A stretch of DNA of 64,000 nucleotides from a virus, in the IMG/VR virus record IMGVR_UViG_3300034044_000040, positions 21,341 to 85,340 of that record; one strand, 5' to 3'. Below are positions 35,777 through 44,373 of this stretch, in pieces. A program made the position numbers and the translations under genes. The notes under the pieces are model-generated. The model had not been told where the DNA came from and made no database searches. It worked only from the letters and a program-made list of their open reading frames with translations. Every line of letters starts with the position of its first letter. Position 1 is the first letter of the stretch.

Positions 35777-36722
35777 AGGATTGATTGGCGCGGCGCGGGG
35801 TGAGGCTCATGTTGAAAACATTCCAGCGTCAAATGACGGTGCCTCCATCCTAAACCCTCACACCGAGGAGCCGGGACTGGTGGAGAATTATGTTCTGGGA
35901 TTTCTTGACCGGTACGACACCAGACCAGAGCGCTCACGAGACGCCGGGACAGACGGGTATATGCACGTGTCGTCCCTGATAAATATGTCCTGCCAGCGGC
36001 GCTCGGTCCTGATGCAGATACATGGTACTGAGCACTGGGAAAATGTATCAGGTGGGCACAGAATAATGTGGGCACAGGGGCGCGCCACGGAGGATCATAT
36101 TCGTAAGGGCGTCATAGCCAGCCGGGAGGGCAAGGGAATTTACGGATCATGGAAGTGCAAGTGCGGACATGCTGAGCATCTGGGGGATATGCCAAACAAA
36201 AAACACGTATGTGCGAAATGTGAACACCCGCTCACGGTGTACCATGAACCGGTGCTATTTGATGATGATTACATGCTCACGGGATCGCCTGATCTTACCC
36301 TCATACTTCCGCAAGATTATCTTCTGGTCAATGAAATCAAGTCCATGACACCTGACATGTTCGACGATCTCACGCAGCCGGTACCTGATCACGTGGCGCA
36401 GGTGCTGATGTATCGTGAAATGTTGCGCAGGAAGGGGTTCAAGGTGCACACCCACGCGGTCATTATCTATGGCAGAAAGCAATTCAAGTGGGGCGGCGCG
36501 TTCAACAAGAACAAGAATAATCGGGTGTATAAGGAATACCATGTTGACGCCACCACTCCGGCGAGCCAAGCCACGGTCGCAGCGTGCTATGCCACCGCAG
36601 AGACGATAAAACGGCACACCGCAGCCCGCGCGGTGCCCCCACGCGAACGCTGTATTTCAAGTGATAGCACGCTCGCGAAGAAGTGCCCCGTAGCACATAT
36701 TTGTTTCAATTTGAGGGAATAA
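35763..36722 (+). CDS. Cas4-like PD-(D/E)xK exonuclease
   Basis: HVSSL..CQR, GSPD, EIKS, QVLMY, C-terminal C..CP..C; internal Zn ribbon. Confidence 0.75.
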   Translation: MGLLKGLIGAARGEAHVENIPASNDGASILNPHTEEPGLVENYVLGFLDRYDTRPERSRDAGTDGYMHVSSLINMSCQRRSVLMQIHGTEHWENVSGGHRIMWAQGRATEDHIRKGVIASREGKGIYGSWKCKCGHAEHLGDMPNKKHVCAKCEHPLTVYHEPVLFDDDYMLTGSPDLTLILPQDYLLVNEIKSMTPDMFDDLTQPVPDHVAQVLMYREMLRRKGFKVHTHAVIIYGRKQFKWGGAFNKNKNNRVYKEYHVDATTPASQATVAACYATAETIKRHTAARAVPPRERCISSDSTLAKKCPVAHICFNLRE

Positions 36723-36724
36723 CC

Positions 36725-37315
36725 ATGCAGATCAGAGATAGAGCCTCCCCGGCCCGCGCCATTTTTTTGGAGGGTGCAACCCGTTGCACGCATGTCACCA
36801 ATCCGCATCCCGTGTTAGGTATAGACGCTTCCGCCAGCAAAATAGGTTTTGCCGTTGCATGGGATGGGTACATCAAAACATGGCTGTACAAGCCGAAAGG
36901 AACTGGCGTGGTCAGAATTGATGAGCACTACAGGAACATCAAGGAAGTGGTTGATCTTTATGACATCCGCACGGCAGCGATAGAGGGATATTCCTTCGGG
37001 TCGCGCGCCAGTCAGGCGCACACCACGGGTGAATGTGGTGGGGCCGTGAAACTCGGCTTGCGGCACAAAGGGGTGCAGCTGATTTTGGTATCACCAAACA
37101 CCTTGAAAATGTATGTCACATCGAAGGGAAACAGCCCGAAGAACGCGATACCCCTTGGCCTCTATAAATTATGGGGGCTTGACATCACGCAGGAAGATGA
37201 GGCTGACGCCGCCGGGATCGCCATGCTCGGGGCCGCGTATTATCACGCTGACGCATTCACCCTTTTGAAATATCAGCAAAAAGCCATGAAAGGGGTCAAT
37301 CCGGTGAACGACTAG
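36725..37315 (+). CDS. RuvC-like Holliday junction resolvase
   Basis: LGIDAS, AIEGYSF, PNTLK.YVT.KGN..K, DEADA. Confidence 0.8.
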   Translation: MQIRDRASPARAIFLEGATRCTHVTNPHPVLGIDASASKIGFAVAWDGYIKTWLYKPKGTGVVRIDEHYRNIKEVVDLYDIRTAAIEGYSFGSRASQAHTTGECGGAVKLGLRHKGVQLILVSPNTLKMYVTSKGNSPKNAIPLGLYKLWGLDITQEDEADAAGIAMLGAAYYHADAFTLLKYQQKAMKGVNPVND

Positions 37316-37357
37316 CGAGGATATACAGTGCAGCGTGCAACCCGTTGCAATTTTCTC

Positions 37358-37385
37358 TTGCATATAATCGTGGTTGTGGTATTGT
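37358..37385 (+). promoter_or_regulatory. Conserved phage promoter, copy 4
   Basis: TTGCAT-ataatcgtggttgtgg-TATTGT. Confidence 0.8.
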
Positions 37386-37456
37386 ATGCATAGTGCAGGG
37401 GGGCATGAGCGCCATCGTGTACATCATCAACAATGTAAAGTCAGGAGACACACACA

Positions 37457-38797
37457 ATGACATCTAACACGCAGAACATCAAAGTCGGAATGATCGCCAC
37501 GTTCGGTGGATATTCCGATCTGGAGGAAGGAATGGAAGCCATCCTTCCAGAGGGGCAGCGTATCGTCATCGCGGACATCAAACCAAACGGTGCCGGGTAC
37601 ACGGTCGTCGCCATCAACGAAGAGGGCCAGCGGCTGAACGCCGATGGTGAGGTATGGAAAGAGGGCGATGCTGTGCTTGGGGACACCCTTTTCCCCTCAG
37701 AAATTCTTGACATCGAAGACCCCACACCTACCCCGGCTGAAGCAGACACAACGGAAGCTGCCCCGGAAACTGAAGCCGCCGCACCTGCGGAAGTCTTCGA
37801 AGATGATTTCACCGCAGCCGCAGTCAAAAAAATGACCGGGCCTCAACTCGTGGACATCGCGAGCCGATATGGCGTTGCAGTCCCCGATGGGTTTGCAAAA
37901 ATGCTGGTCAAAAACAAGCGCGACGTGATCCTTGCATGGCTGGCGGAACAGGAAGCCAAAGAAGACGCAGACGAAACCGCCACCGATGAAGCGGAAACAC
38001 CTGAAACTGAAGCCCCAGATACTGAGGTGGTTTCTACCATGCCCGATATGGTGCCAGCCACCGCACCTGTCACCGCCGTGTCTGATATGGATCGGGTCAA
38101 CGAACTGACTGCGGAAAAGGATGCAGTGCAGGCCGTGAAAGACCTGATTTCTCAGGAAAACCGCATCCTCTATGATCAGGGGTGCTTGCTGACCTATATC
38201 AACGAAACCGGCATGTACAAATCATACGGCTTCGAAGGCAAGAAAGGGTTCGAAGATTTCTGCGAGAAATATCTCGACATCAAATATCGCAAGGCGCGGT
38301 ACCTGATCGACATTTTCCAGACGTTCAAACAGATCGGCATCAACGTGGCCAGTCTGGATGCAATCGGCTGGTCGAAAGCGGCTGTTTTGGCCCGTATCCC
38401 GGTTGATCAGCTGGAGGCAAACATCGAAAGCCTGCTGGCGCTGGCCCAGTCAGAAACCCGTGATGCGCTGATCGAGCACGTCAAGGAAAACTACGAGATT
38501 GCCACCCGCGCCGATACCGTGAAGGCTACCACCTTCCGGTTCAAGGTGTTGGAAGCTGATGCGGACGTGGTTACCGCTGCCCTCGATCACGCCAAGACCT
38601 TGGTGGAAGACGGCGACCTGAACAAAGCGTTTGTGCACATGTGCGGGGACTGGATGAACAACGCGGAGGGTACCGATCTTGATATGGATACCTTCTTTGA
38701 TCTGGCCATCGCTCGGTTCGGCGCGGACGCCCTCATGGTCAAACTGGACGCGCTTTCGGCGGAGCCTGCGGAAGAAACTCAGGCAGAGGCCGGATGA
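37457..38797 (+). CDS. Acidic multidomain protein with a DUF3102-like helical DNA-binding region
   Basis: G.LL..I...YKSYGF..FEDFCEKYLDIKYRKARYLI..F...IGWSKA..L; acidic linkers. Confidence 0.55.
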   Translation: MTSNTQNIKVGMIATFGGYSDLEEGMEAILPEGQRIVIADIKPNGAGYTVVAINEEGQRLNADGEVWKEGDAVLGDTLFPSEILDIEDPTPTPAEADTTEAAPETEAAAPAEVFEDDFTAAAVKKMTGPQLVDIASRYGVAVPDGFAKMLVKNKRDVILAWLAEQEAKEDADETATDEAETPETEAPDTEVVSTMPDMVPATAPVTAVSDMDRVNELTAEKDAVQAVKDLISQENRILYDQGCLLTYINETGMYKSYGFEGKKGFEDFCEKYLDIKYRKARYLIDIFQTFKQIGINVASLDAIGWSKAAVLARIPVDQLEANIESLLALAQSETRDALIEHVKENYEIATRADTVKATTFRFKVLEADADVVTAALDHAKTLVEDGDLNKAFVHMCGDWMNNAEGTDLDMDTFFDLAIARFGADALMVKLDALSAEPAEETQAEAG

Positions 38798-38801
38798 TAT
38801 A

Positions 38802-38878
38802 GGGTCGGGAGGGAGACCTCCTGACCTCCCTTCCGATCCAAGGCCCCATGTGCGCGAGTGTGTGGGGTCATTTTTTTC
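38802..38878 (+). terminator. Hairpin pair ending in a T-tract
   Basis: GGTCGGGAGGGAG/CTCCCTTCCGATC stem, then GGCCCCA/TGGGGTC stem plus attttttt. Confidence 0.6.
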
Positions 38879-38890
38879 AAACACATGGAC

Positions 38891-38980
38891 TTTTTTTCAA
38901 AAACATGAACTTTTTTCTTGCAAACAATCGTGGGTGTGGTATTCTATATATGTCAGATAGAGAAACTTAGGAGACAGACC
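38891..38980 (+). repeat. 90-bp exact direct repeat A (promoter copy 5, leader and RBS)
   Basis: Identical to 49749-49838; promoter TTGCAA-acaatcgtgggtgtgg-TATTCT at 38918-38945. Confidence 0.9.
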
Positions 38981-38981
38981 A

Positions 38982-39167
38982 ATGAAATATTTATCACAAC
39001 TCGCGCAGATCGACATGCAGATCACGGAAGCACAGAAGATCATCGCATACGGCATGATGGATATGCACCAACTGGATCGCCTGCGGGGCCAGCTGGAGCA
39101 CCTGAAAAGGACCAAGCGCAGACTTCAGAAGCAGATCAAGCGCCAGTATCGGGGGGCATTCTCATGA
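38982..39167 (+). CDS. Hypothetical protein
   Basis: AGGAG RBS after the promoter. Confidence 0.7.
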   Translation: MKYLSQLAQIDMQITEAQKIIAYGMMDMHQLDRLRGQLEHLKRTKRRLQKQIKRQYRGAFS

Positions 39168-39430
39168 ACCCGCTACAAGCCGCAAAACTGATCGCCGAAC
39201 AGGTCGATAGTAATGACCACACAGGGGCAGTTATCACACTGGCGAAGGCAACCTTGCACAGTCAGACTGAGCTTCAGGCCCTGAGCCGCATTCAAGCGCA
39301 ACACGAGCGCCTTGGCTACCTGCCAGAGCACGCAATCCACGAGCGCAACCAGATACAATCCCGGTTGCTGGAGCGCATCGGGCGGCAGCTGATCCGCAAG
39401 GATTACGAAATGATAAGGATGGCCTTCTGA
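39164..39430 (+). CDS. Hypothetical protein
   Basis: ATGA overlap with the previous gene. Confidence 0.65.
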   Translation: MNPLQAAKLIAEQVDSNDHTGAVITLAKATLHSQTELQALSRIQAQHERLGYLPEHAIHERNQIQSRLLERIGRQLIRKDYEMIRMAF

Positions 39431-40125
39431 TGAAACCTAGAATTATCACAGAGCATGTGTGCCCTCCGGGGCCACTTCGCTCATTTGACTGGAGCGCGTG
39501 GTGGAACGGCGATGATAACTCATCCTTAGAAGGCCACGGTGTCACCGAGGAGGGGGCCGTGATTGACCTCCTCATCATGTCCGCCGCCAATGAGCATGAC
39601 ATCGAGCAAGAGGTGCTGGTGGAAATGGCATTTGAACAATGGAAGGCTGAGAACGAGAAGACCGAGAAATCCGATCTTGCGGCAGTCGTCAAGCCGATGG
39701 AGTGGGTCGAAGACCTTAAAGGGCTTTATTGCGTGACCGACGTTGGACGGTATGATGTATTCAAATGCTCTGGAGGTAAGTGGCGCTGGCACGTGGGGTA
39801 TGATAGCAACAGAACCGGGCTGGAAGATACTGAAACACTGGCTAAGGCGGCAGCACAGGCGGATTTCGATAAGCGCTATCTTGAAAAAATCACCATCCGC
39901 CCCGCACATGAGGTAGCAGCCGAGGCCAGAGAGGCGGCGCTGCGGGAAGCGTTCGATAAACTATCTGAAATAATCGCAAACGAGGATAGCGACGGGATCA
40001 GCGCCGAAGGCAATTATTCAGAATCAGTCATGGAGAACCAGAGAAAATTTCTTGATGGCATCAGCCGGGCAAGGCTTGCGGTTTACGCCCTATTCACACC
40101 CACAAAGGAGCCGACCGATGACTAA
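39430..40125 (+). CDS. Hypothetical protein (mosaic-looking)
   Basis: TGATG coupling; P.R.FDWSA and VKPMEW...AKAAAQADF segments common in small phage genes. Confidence 0.65.
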   Translation: MKPRIITEHVCPPGPLRSFDWSAWWNGDDNSSLEGHGVTEEGAVIDLLIMSAANEHDIEQEVLVEMAFEQWKAENEKTEKSDLAAVVKPMEWVEDLKGLYCVTDVGRYDVFKCSGGKWRWHVGYDSNRTGLEDTETLAKAAAQADFDKRYLEKITIRPAHEVAAEAREAALREAFDKLSEIIANEDSDGISAEGNYSESVMENQRKFLDGISRARLAVYALFTPTKEPTDD

Positions 40126-40396
40126 ACCAGATGGGCAGAACGATGAAATGAGCGGGGCTTTAAATGCGCTTATGGATTACGAGCAAGCTGACGCGGATGG
40201 CGTAATGGTACTCGTCTCAAGGCAGGCCATTCATGAAGTTGTTGCCGAATACAAGGTTCTCACCTCCAAGTTGGATGACCTGCGACCTCTGCTGGCGGTT
40301 GCCACTGAAGTCTCATTGTACGGTGCAAACGTAGCACGACTACGGAAACTCGATGAACTGATATCTGGGTTGTATAAGGGGAAGTCAAATGGCTGA
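40118..40396 (+). CDS. Hypothetical protein
   Basis: AAGGAG RBS; overlapping start. Confidence 0.65.
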   Translation: MTKPDGQNDEMSGALNALMDYEQADADGVMVLVSRQAIHEVVAEYKVLTSKLDDLRPLLAVATEVSLYGANVARLRKLDELISGLYKGKSNG

Positions 40397-40670
40397 TAAA
40401 TTACCTGACCGCATGTACATTTCGCCACATAATTCAGGGGCTGTCGGTGGAAATTGGCACAACGCCAGCACGATACCGATCCGGGGGCTGGTGAAGTACA
40501 TCCGGGCTTCCATGATGCTCGTCTTAGACAGTGACGAAATCACCGCTCTGCGTGCCGAGAATGAACGGCTGCGGAAGGCGTTGGACGAAATAGCGTGCAA
40601 CCATCACTCGCGCAATTTGCTATGGTGGCAGATGGCCGCCCGCGCCGCCCTATCGGAGACAGAAACATGA
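40389..40670 (+). CDS. Hypothetical protein
   Basis: EITALRAENERLRKAL...ARAAL coiled coil. Confidence 0.65.
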   Translation: MADKLPDRMYISPHNSGAVGGNWHNASTIPIRGLVKYIRASMMLVLDSDEITALRAENERLRKALDEIACNHHSRNLLWWQMAARAALSETET

Positions 40671-40927
40671 ACAGAGAAACAAAACCCTCGCGCCCAGAAT
40701 GCGCATGGGGGATAAAAATGAAATATTACAACTGCGACGAATGGTTTCTGTGGGCAAGAGTGTTCACGTACCGGCGAGACGCTATAGATTATTATAACCG
40801 ATTCCAAGGCGACCCGAATGCATACCGACGTGAGAGAAGGCGCGGAATTGTGAAGGCAGTGCGCGTGACGATTTCGGAGACAGAAACCACCCCGGCCAAT
40901 AACGGCCAAACCAAAGAAGGAAACTGA
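40667..40927 (+). CDS. Hypothetical protein
   Basis: GGAG RBS; ATGA overlap. Confidence 0.6.
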   Translation: MNRETKPSRPECAWGIKMKYYNCDEWFLWARVFTYRRDAIDYYNRFQGDPNAYRRERRRGIVKAVRVTISETETTPANNGQTKEGN

Positions 40928-40928
40928 A

Positions 40929-41675
40929 ATGAAATTCATCAAAAAATATATCGTCTATATCGTGGCGGCGCTTTCCGCCCTTGTGGCTCTTGCCATTTAC
41001 ACGGGATCGGCCAAGGCGGGTAGCATCACCACGACTATCCTAGACTCCGTGGTGATTGCACCACAAAAATCCGATCCATGGACAGGCCCCCTGATCGGCG
41101 CGGGCGCAGGCGTCCTGCACTCGACACAGAAAATCAGGACACCGACGGTGACTGATCTGCCTCCGGGTGATTATGACCTGCCACCAGAACTCGTGGGTAA
41201 TCCTGATTTGAACACCCTACCAAGCTGTCGCGGCTTTTCACGGGACTGTGCTTCCCGGCGTAACGGTGCCGGTGATATCACCCAGACATGGCTTACCGAT
41301 GGGATGGCGCTGCAAACTGGCACGCACACCACGAAGCGGAGCCGCACGGATGCTGCGGGCACGGCATACCTCGGATACCGGCACAATTTCTACCCCGTGG
41401 TGATCGGTGCCGTGGGATCGGCGACTTACAACTTTGGAAATGATGCGTGGCTGTTCAATGCAGAAGCACAGGCTGGCGTTGGCTACGGGAAAACACTGAT
41501 CTATGCCCTCGCGGGGCCGAGCAGCTACGACAAGAAACGTGGATACGTCGCGGGTCTTGGCGTTGACAGGATGATCACCACCAAAATGGGCGTGAGCGCG
41601 AAATATTACCACGGTGAATATGGTCACGGTAAATCACTTGACTATGGCCTGCTATCGGTGTTCTTTAATCTCTGA
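40929..41675 (+). CDS. Outer-membrane beta-barrel protein (Omp25/RopB-like) with signal peptide
   Basis: Signal ending SAKA; DPWTGPLIGAGAG; amphipathic strands AYLGYRH, QAGVGYG, YVAGLGVD, VSAKYYH; aromatic C-terminus VFFNL. Confidence 0.7.
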   Translation: MKFIKKYIVYIVAALSALVALAIYTGSAKAGSITTTILDSVVIAPQKSDPWTGPLIGAGAGVLHSTQKIRTPTVTDLPPGDYDLPPELVGNPDLNTLPSCRGFSRDCASRRNGAGDITQTWLTDGMALQTGTHTTKRSRTDAAGTAYLGYRHNFYPVVIGAVGSATYNFGNDAWLFNAEAQAGVGYGKTLIYALAGPSSYDKKRGYVAGLGVDRMITTKMGVSAKYYHGEYGHGKSLDYGLLSVFFNL

Positions 41676-41703
41676 CATCCTCGTCACATAGTTGCCTCCA
41701 ACT

Positions 41704-41740
41704 GCCCGTCACCCTTCTGTTCCGGTGACGGGCTTTTTTT
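41704..41740 (+). terminator. Rho-independent terminator
   Basis: GCCCGTCACC/GGTGACGGGC stem plus T7. Confidence 0.88.
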
Positions 41741-41772
41741 GTAAATTATTTGCAACCCGTTGCATTTTTTCC

Positions 41773-41800
41773 TTGCAAACAATCGTGGGTGTGGTATTCT
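41773..41800 (+). promoter_or_regulatory. Conserved phage promoter, copy 6
   Basis: TTGCAA-acaatcgtgggtgtgg-TATTCT. Confidence 0.82.
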
Positions 41801-41831
41801 ATAGAGGTCAGATAGAGAAAGGAACGGACCC

Positions 41832-42257
41832 ATGAAATACCGCATTTACCAAATATGCCTGAGCACAGCAGACGCCGCACTGATCAACGACAAGGGCTGG
41901 TGTGGTTCAGAGCTTGCACATTCATACGCCAAGGTAACCATGCTCATGAGCGACGAGGCCATGGAGAAGGTGGAAGAGCACATCAGCACATTGTGTGACC
42001 TCGGCAAATACGCGCACGTCGCAGATATCGAAGCGGAGACGCTGGACGACGTGTTCCACATCGGGAACATCGGAAATTGCGACCATTGCAACATCACCAA
42101 GCACGCACCCATGCAGAGCATATCTGTTGGCAACGTGATCATCGACGCTGAGGATCGGGCGCACCTGTGCTGCCCACTCGGATGGCTTGATCTCGATGAG
42201 CGTACACGCAACGCAGTGCTGGCATCCGCCATACTGCTCCAAGACAATGTAGAATGA
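41832..42257 (+). CDS. YodL-like domain protein (putative)
   Basis: YRIYQI...Y.HV....LDDVFHIGN...MQSISVGNVI...C...GW. Confidence 0.5.
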   Translation: MKYRIYQICLSTADAALINDKGWCGSELAHSYAKVTMLMSDEAMEKVEEHISTLCDLGKYAHVADIEAETLDDVFHIGNIGNCDHCNITKHAPMQSISVGNVIIDAEDRAHLCCPLGWLDLDERTRNAVLASAILLQDNVE

Positions 42258-42270
42258 GGAGGGACTGAAA

Positions 42271-42519
42271 ATGGCTACTACAAACCCATTTATCGGATAC
42301 GACACACTGCGGCTGGAAGTGCAGGCGGGGGTATATTACGCGGATATCACGCACCCATCCTGCAACATGCGCCTGATCCTCGGGGACGCGGATGCAGTTG
42401 CGAGCGTATTTGACGCCAATAAAGTGCAGCACTTCACATACGGTGACGACCTCGTGCTGAACTCCGGGAAATTCGACGAACTGATGGTCGCTTTCCGCAA
42501 GAGGAGTGTCCTAGTATGA
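42271..42519 (+). CDS. Hypothetical protein
   Basis: GGAGG RBS. Confidence 0.65.
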   Translation: MATTNPFIGYDTLRLEVQAGVYYADITHPSCNMRLILGDADAVASVFDANKVQHFTYGDDLVLNSGKFDELMVAFRKRSVLV

Positions 42520-42698
42520 TACGCACATGGATGGATCACCTGAAGCCGGGGGAACGCCCCCTCGGTGAGGGGCGGCTTGCATGGTGTGCCTCACGATCAA
42601 GTGGGGGACACGTCGTCAAGATTGTCACGGGCAAGAGCACGCGCGAAGCAGCAATTTTAGCAGTAGGAGGAACCCCAGATGACCACAGCGAAGCATAA
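42516..42698 (+). CDS. Hypothetical protein
   Basis: ATGA overlap. Confidence 0.5.
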   Translation: MIRTWMDHLKPGERPLGEGRLAWCASRSSGGHVVKIVTGKSTREAAILAVGGTPDDHSEA

Positions 42699-42960
42699 AT
42701 TCAAAGTGGGTGACAAGGTGATCTACACCAACGACTTCGGTGTGGTATGGCTGAAGACCATATCGGCATTGTACACCCTGAACGGTGAGCCGAGATATCA
42801 GTATGAGGATACGGACACCCCGTGGTGCTCGATACCGGAAGGCAATTTTTGCCGGGCTGATGCTCATGATATCTCTGCTCATGAAAGAGGTGACGAGGCG
42901 TTCCTGCAAGGAAAATACGGGTTCACGCCCACGCCGGAGCAGCTGGGTGGGTGCTATTGA
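42679..42960 (+). CDS. Small SH3-like hypothetical protein
   Basis: AGGAGG RBS; KFKVGDKVIY. Confidence 0.6.
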   Translation: MTTAKHKFKVGDKVIYTNDFGVVWLKTISALYTLNGEPRYQYEDTDTPWCSIPEGNFCRADAHDISAHERGDEAFLQGKYGFTPTPEQLGGCY

Positions 42961-43017
42961 CAGCACCCACCCACGGCTTCCACCACATCCACGCCACATC
43001 GAAGAGGGAGAATTGGA

Positions 43018-43185
43018 ATGTCTGAGAGCATGATAGATAAAGCGATCCAAGCGCTGATCGCCGAGCGGGTGAAGGAAGCAGAAAATCGCCTGTTCATCCG
43101 GCTGTGCGAATTTGCAGAGCAGCAGGATCATAGCGTCGGCAGGAAGTTATGGAACAACAAATACAACATTCTGGGGAGGCACTGA
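43018..43185 (+). CDS. 55-aa hypothetical protein (not in ORF track)
   Basis: GGAG RBS; MSESMIDKAIQALIAERV...ILGRH, translated by hand. Confidence 0.55.
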   Translation: MSESMIDKAIQALIAERVKEAENRLFIRLCEFAEQQDHSVGRKLWNNKYNILGRH

Positions 43186-43186
43186 C

Positions 43187-43381
43187 ATGGGTGATGTTAT
43201 CCTTGGTATCCTTGTGCTGGGTTGGCTCGCCCCCAAGATGATGGCAGATATCGCAGTCAGGATAGAGTACCACATGATCGCATCGCGTAAAAAGTTACAT
43301 GATGCACTTCATGCCAAAGAGGTGCGGCGTAGAGCCAAAAATATTCGCAGGATCAGGAACACAAAATTCAAGGATGTTTGA
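43187..43381 (+). CDS. Small membrane protein
   Basis: GGAGG RBS; N-terminal hydrophobic helix; basic tail. Confidence 0.55.
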   Translation: MGDVILGILVLGWLAPKMMADIAVRIEYHMIASRKKLHDALHAKEVRRRAKNIRRIRNTKFKDV

Positions 43382-43474
43382 AATGGGTATTCAAATCAGT
43401 CACGAAAATATGGCAACATCATCATCTGACGAGCGTGCACTAATAGGACGGGAAGTGGCGCTGGAGGCACTGAT

Positions 43475-43852
43475 ATGACCCCGCTGATGTGTCTTGCCTT
43501 GGCCATTTATTTTGAAGCCAGATCGGAGCCAGTGGATGGGCAGGGGGCCGTGGCAGATGTGATAATGAACCGGGTTGCCGATGATAGGTACCCGGACAAC
43601 GTGTGCGATGTCGTGTATGAGCACGGGGCATTTTCATGGACATCTGATGGCAAACCGGACGTACCTGCCGCTGGGGAAGCGTGGACCCTCGCGACGGATA
43701 TCGCGGCAAGCTCACTGACCTCAGAGACCCGGTGGGTCCAAGCCACTCACTATCACGCAACATATGTAAACCCTGCATGGGCGAATGATTATGTGTTTGA
43801 AATTCAGGTCGGGGATCATCTGTTTTTCGTCAACGACACACCGTTCAAATGA
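43475..43852 (+). CDS. Cell wall hydrolase (SleB/Hydrolase_2 family)
   Basis: CLALAIYFEARSEP..GQ.AVA.VIMNRV, FSW, ATHYHATYVNP.W, GDHLFF. Confidence 0.9.
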   Translation: MTPLMCLALAIYFEARSEPVDGQGAVADVIMNRVADDRYPDNVCDVVYEHGAFSWTSDGKPDVPAAGEAWTLATDIAASSLTSETRWVQATHYHATYVNPAWANDYVFEIQVGDHLFFVNDTPFK

Positions 43853-43864
43853 TGAAAATAGTGC

Positions 43865-43892
43865 TTGCATACAATCGTGGTTGTGGTATTCT
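43865..43892 (+). promoter_or_regulatory. Conserved phage promoter, copy 7
   Basis: TTGCAT-acaatcgtggttgtgg-TATTCT. Confidence 0.82.
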
Positions 43893-43928
43893 ATAGATGT
43901 CAGATGCGACAAAGAAAGGAACCTCGAC

Positions 43929-44270
43929 ATGACAGCCACGATTGAACCAGTATTCGCCCCCAACATTGACGTAACGCCTGAGCATCGGCGCGCCCAAGGG
44001 GTCAAGGATTACAAAAAAGCGTTCATGGATGAGGCAGAAAAGCAATCACTCATCACTGGCCCCTACGACATGTGGGAGCACTACGCCACCGTCGGTTATC
44101 GCGAAGACGCATATGGTCGCGATCACGTATCGGATGAGGGTCGCGAGTTTTGTCGCGTGATGATGGCCCGCGCCAAAGAGGCAGACAAACGCCGCCTGCC
44201 CATGGCTGATCCCATTGATCCCCGCACTGGGCTGCCCCGCGTGGGGACAGCAAGCCATGCAGGGTTGTGA
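43929..44270 (+). CDS. Hypothetical protein
   Basis: AAAGGA RBS after the promoter. Confidence 0.7.
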   Translation: MTATIEPVFAPNIDVTPEHRRAQGVKDYKKAFMDEAEKQSLITGPYDMWEHYATVGYREDAYGRDHVSDEGREFCRVMMARAKEADKRRLPMADPIDPRTGLPRVGTASHAGL

Positions 44271-44373
44271 TGAATTGGTGTAATCGCTACAAAAGAAAAG
44301 CTGCCACCGTAAATCGTTGTGGTCATATGGCAGTGTAAAAGGCACCACGACCCCATGAAAAAAGGATTATGCA

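Noticed and set aside
38918-39163. ORF-track N-terminal extensions starting at TTG within promoters (also 48458, 49776, 57935)
   Set aside because: The TTG belongs to a -35 element or palindrome box; RBS-supported ATGs lie downstream
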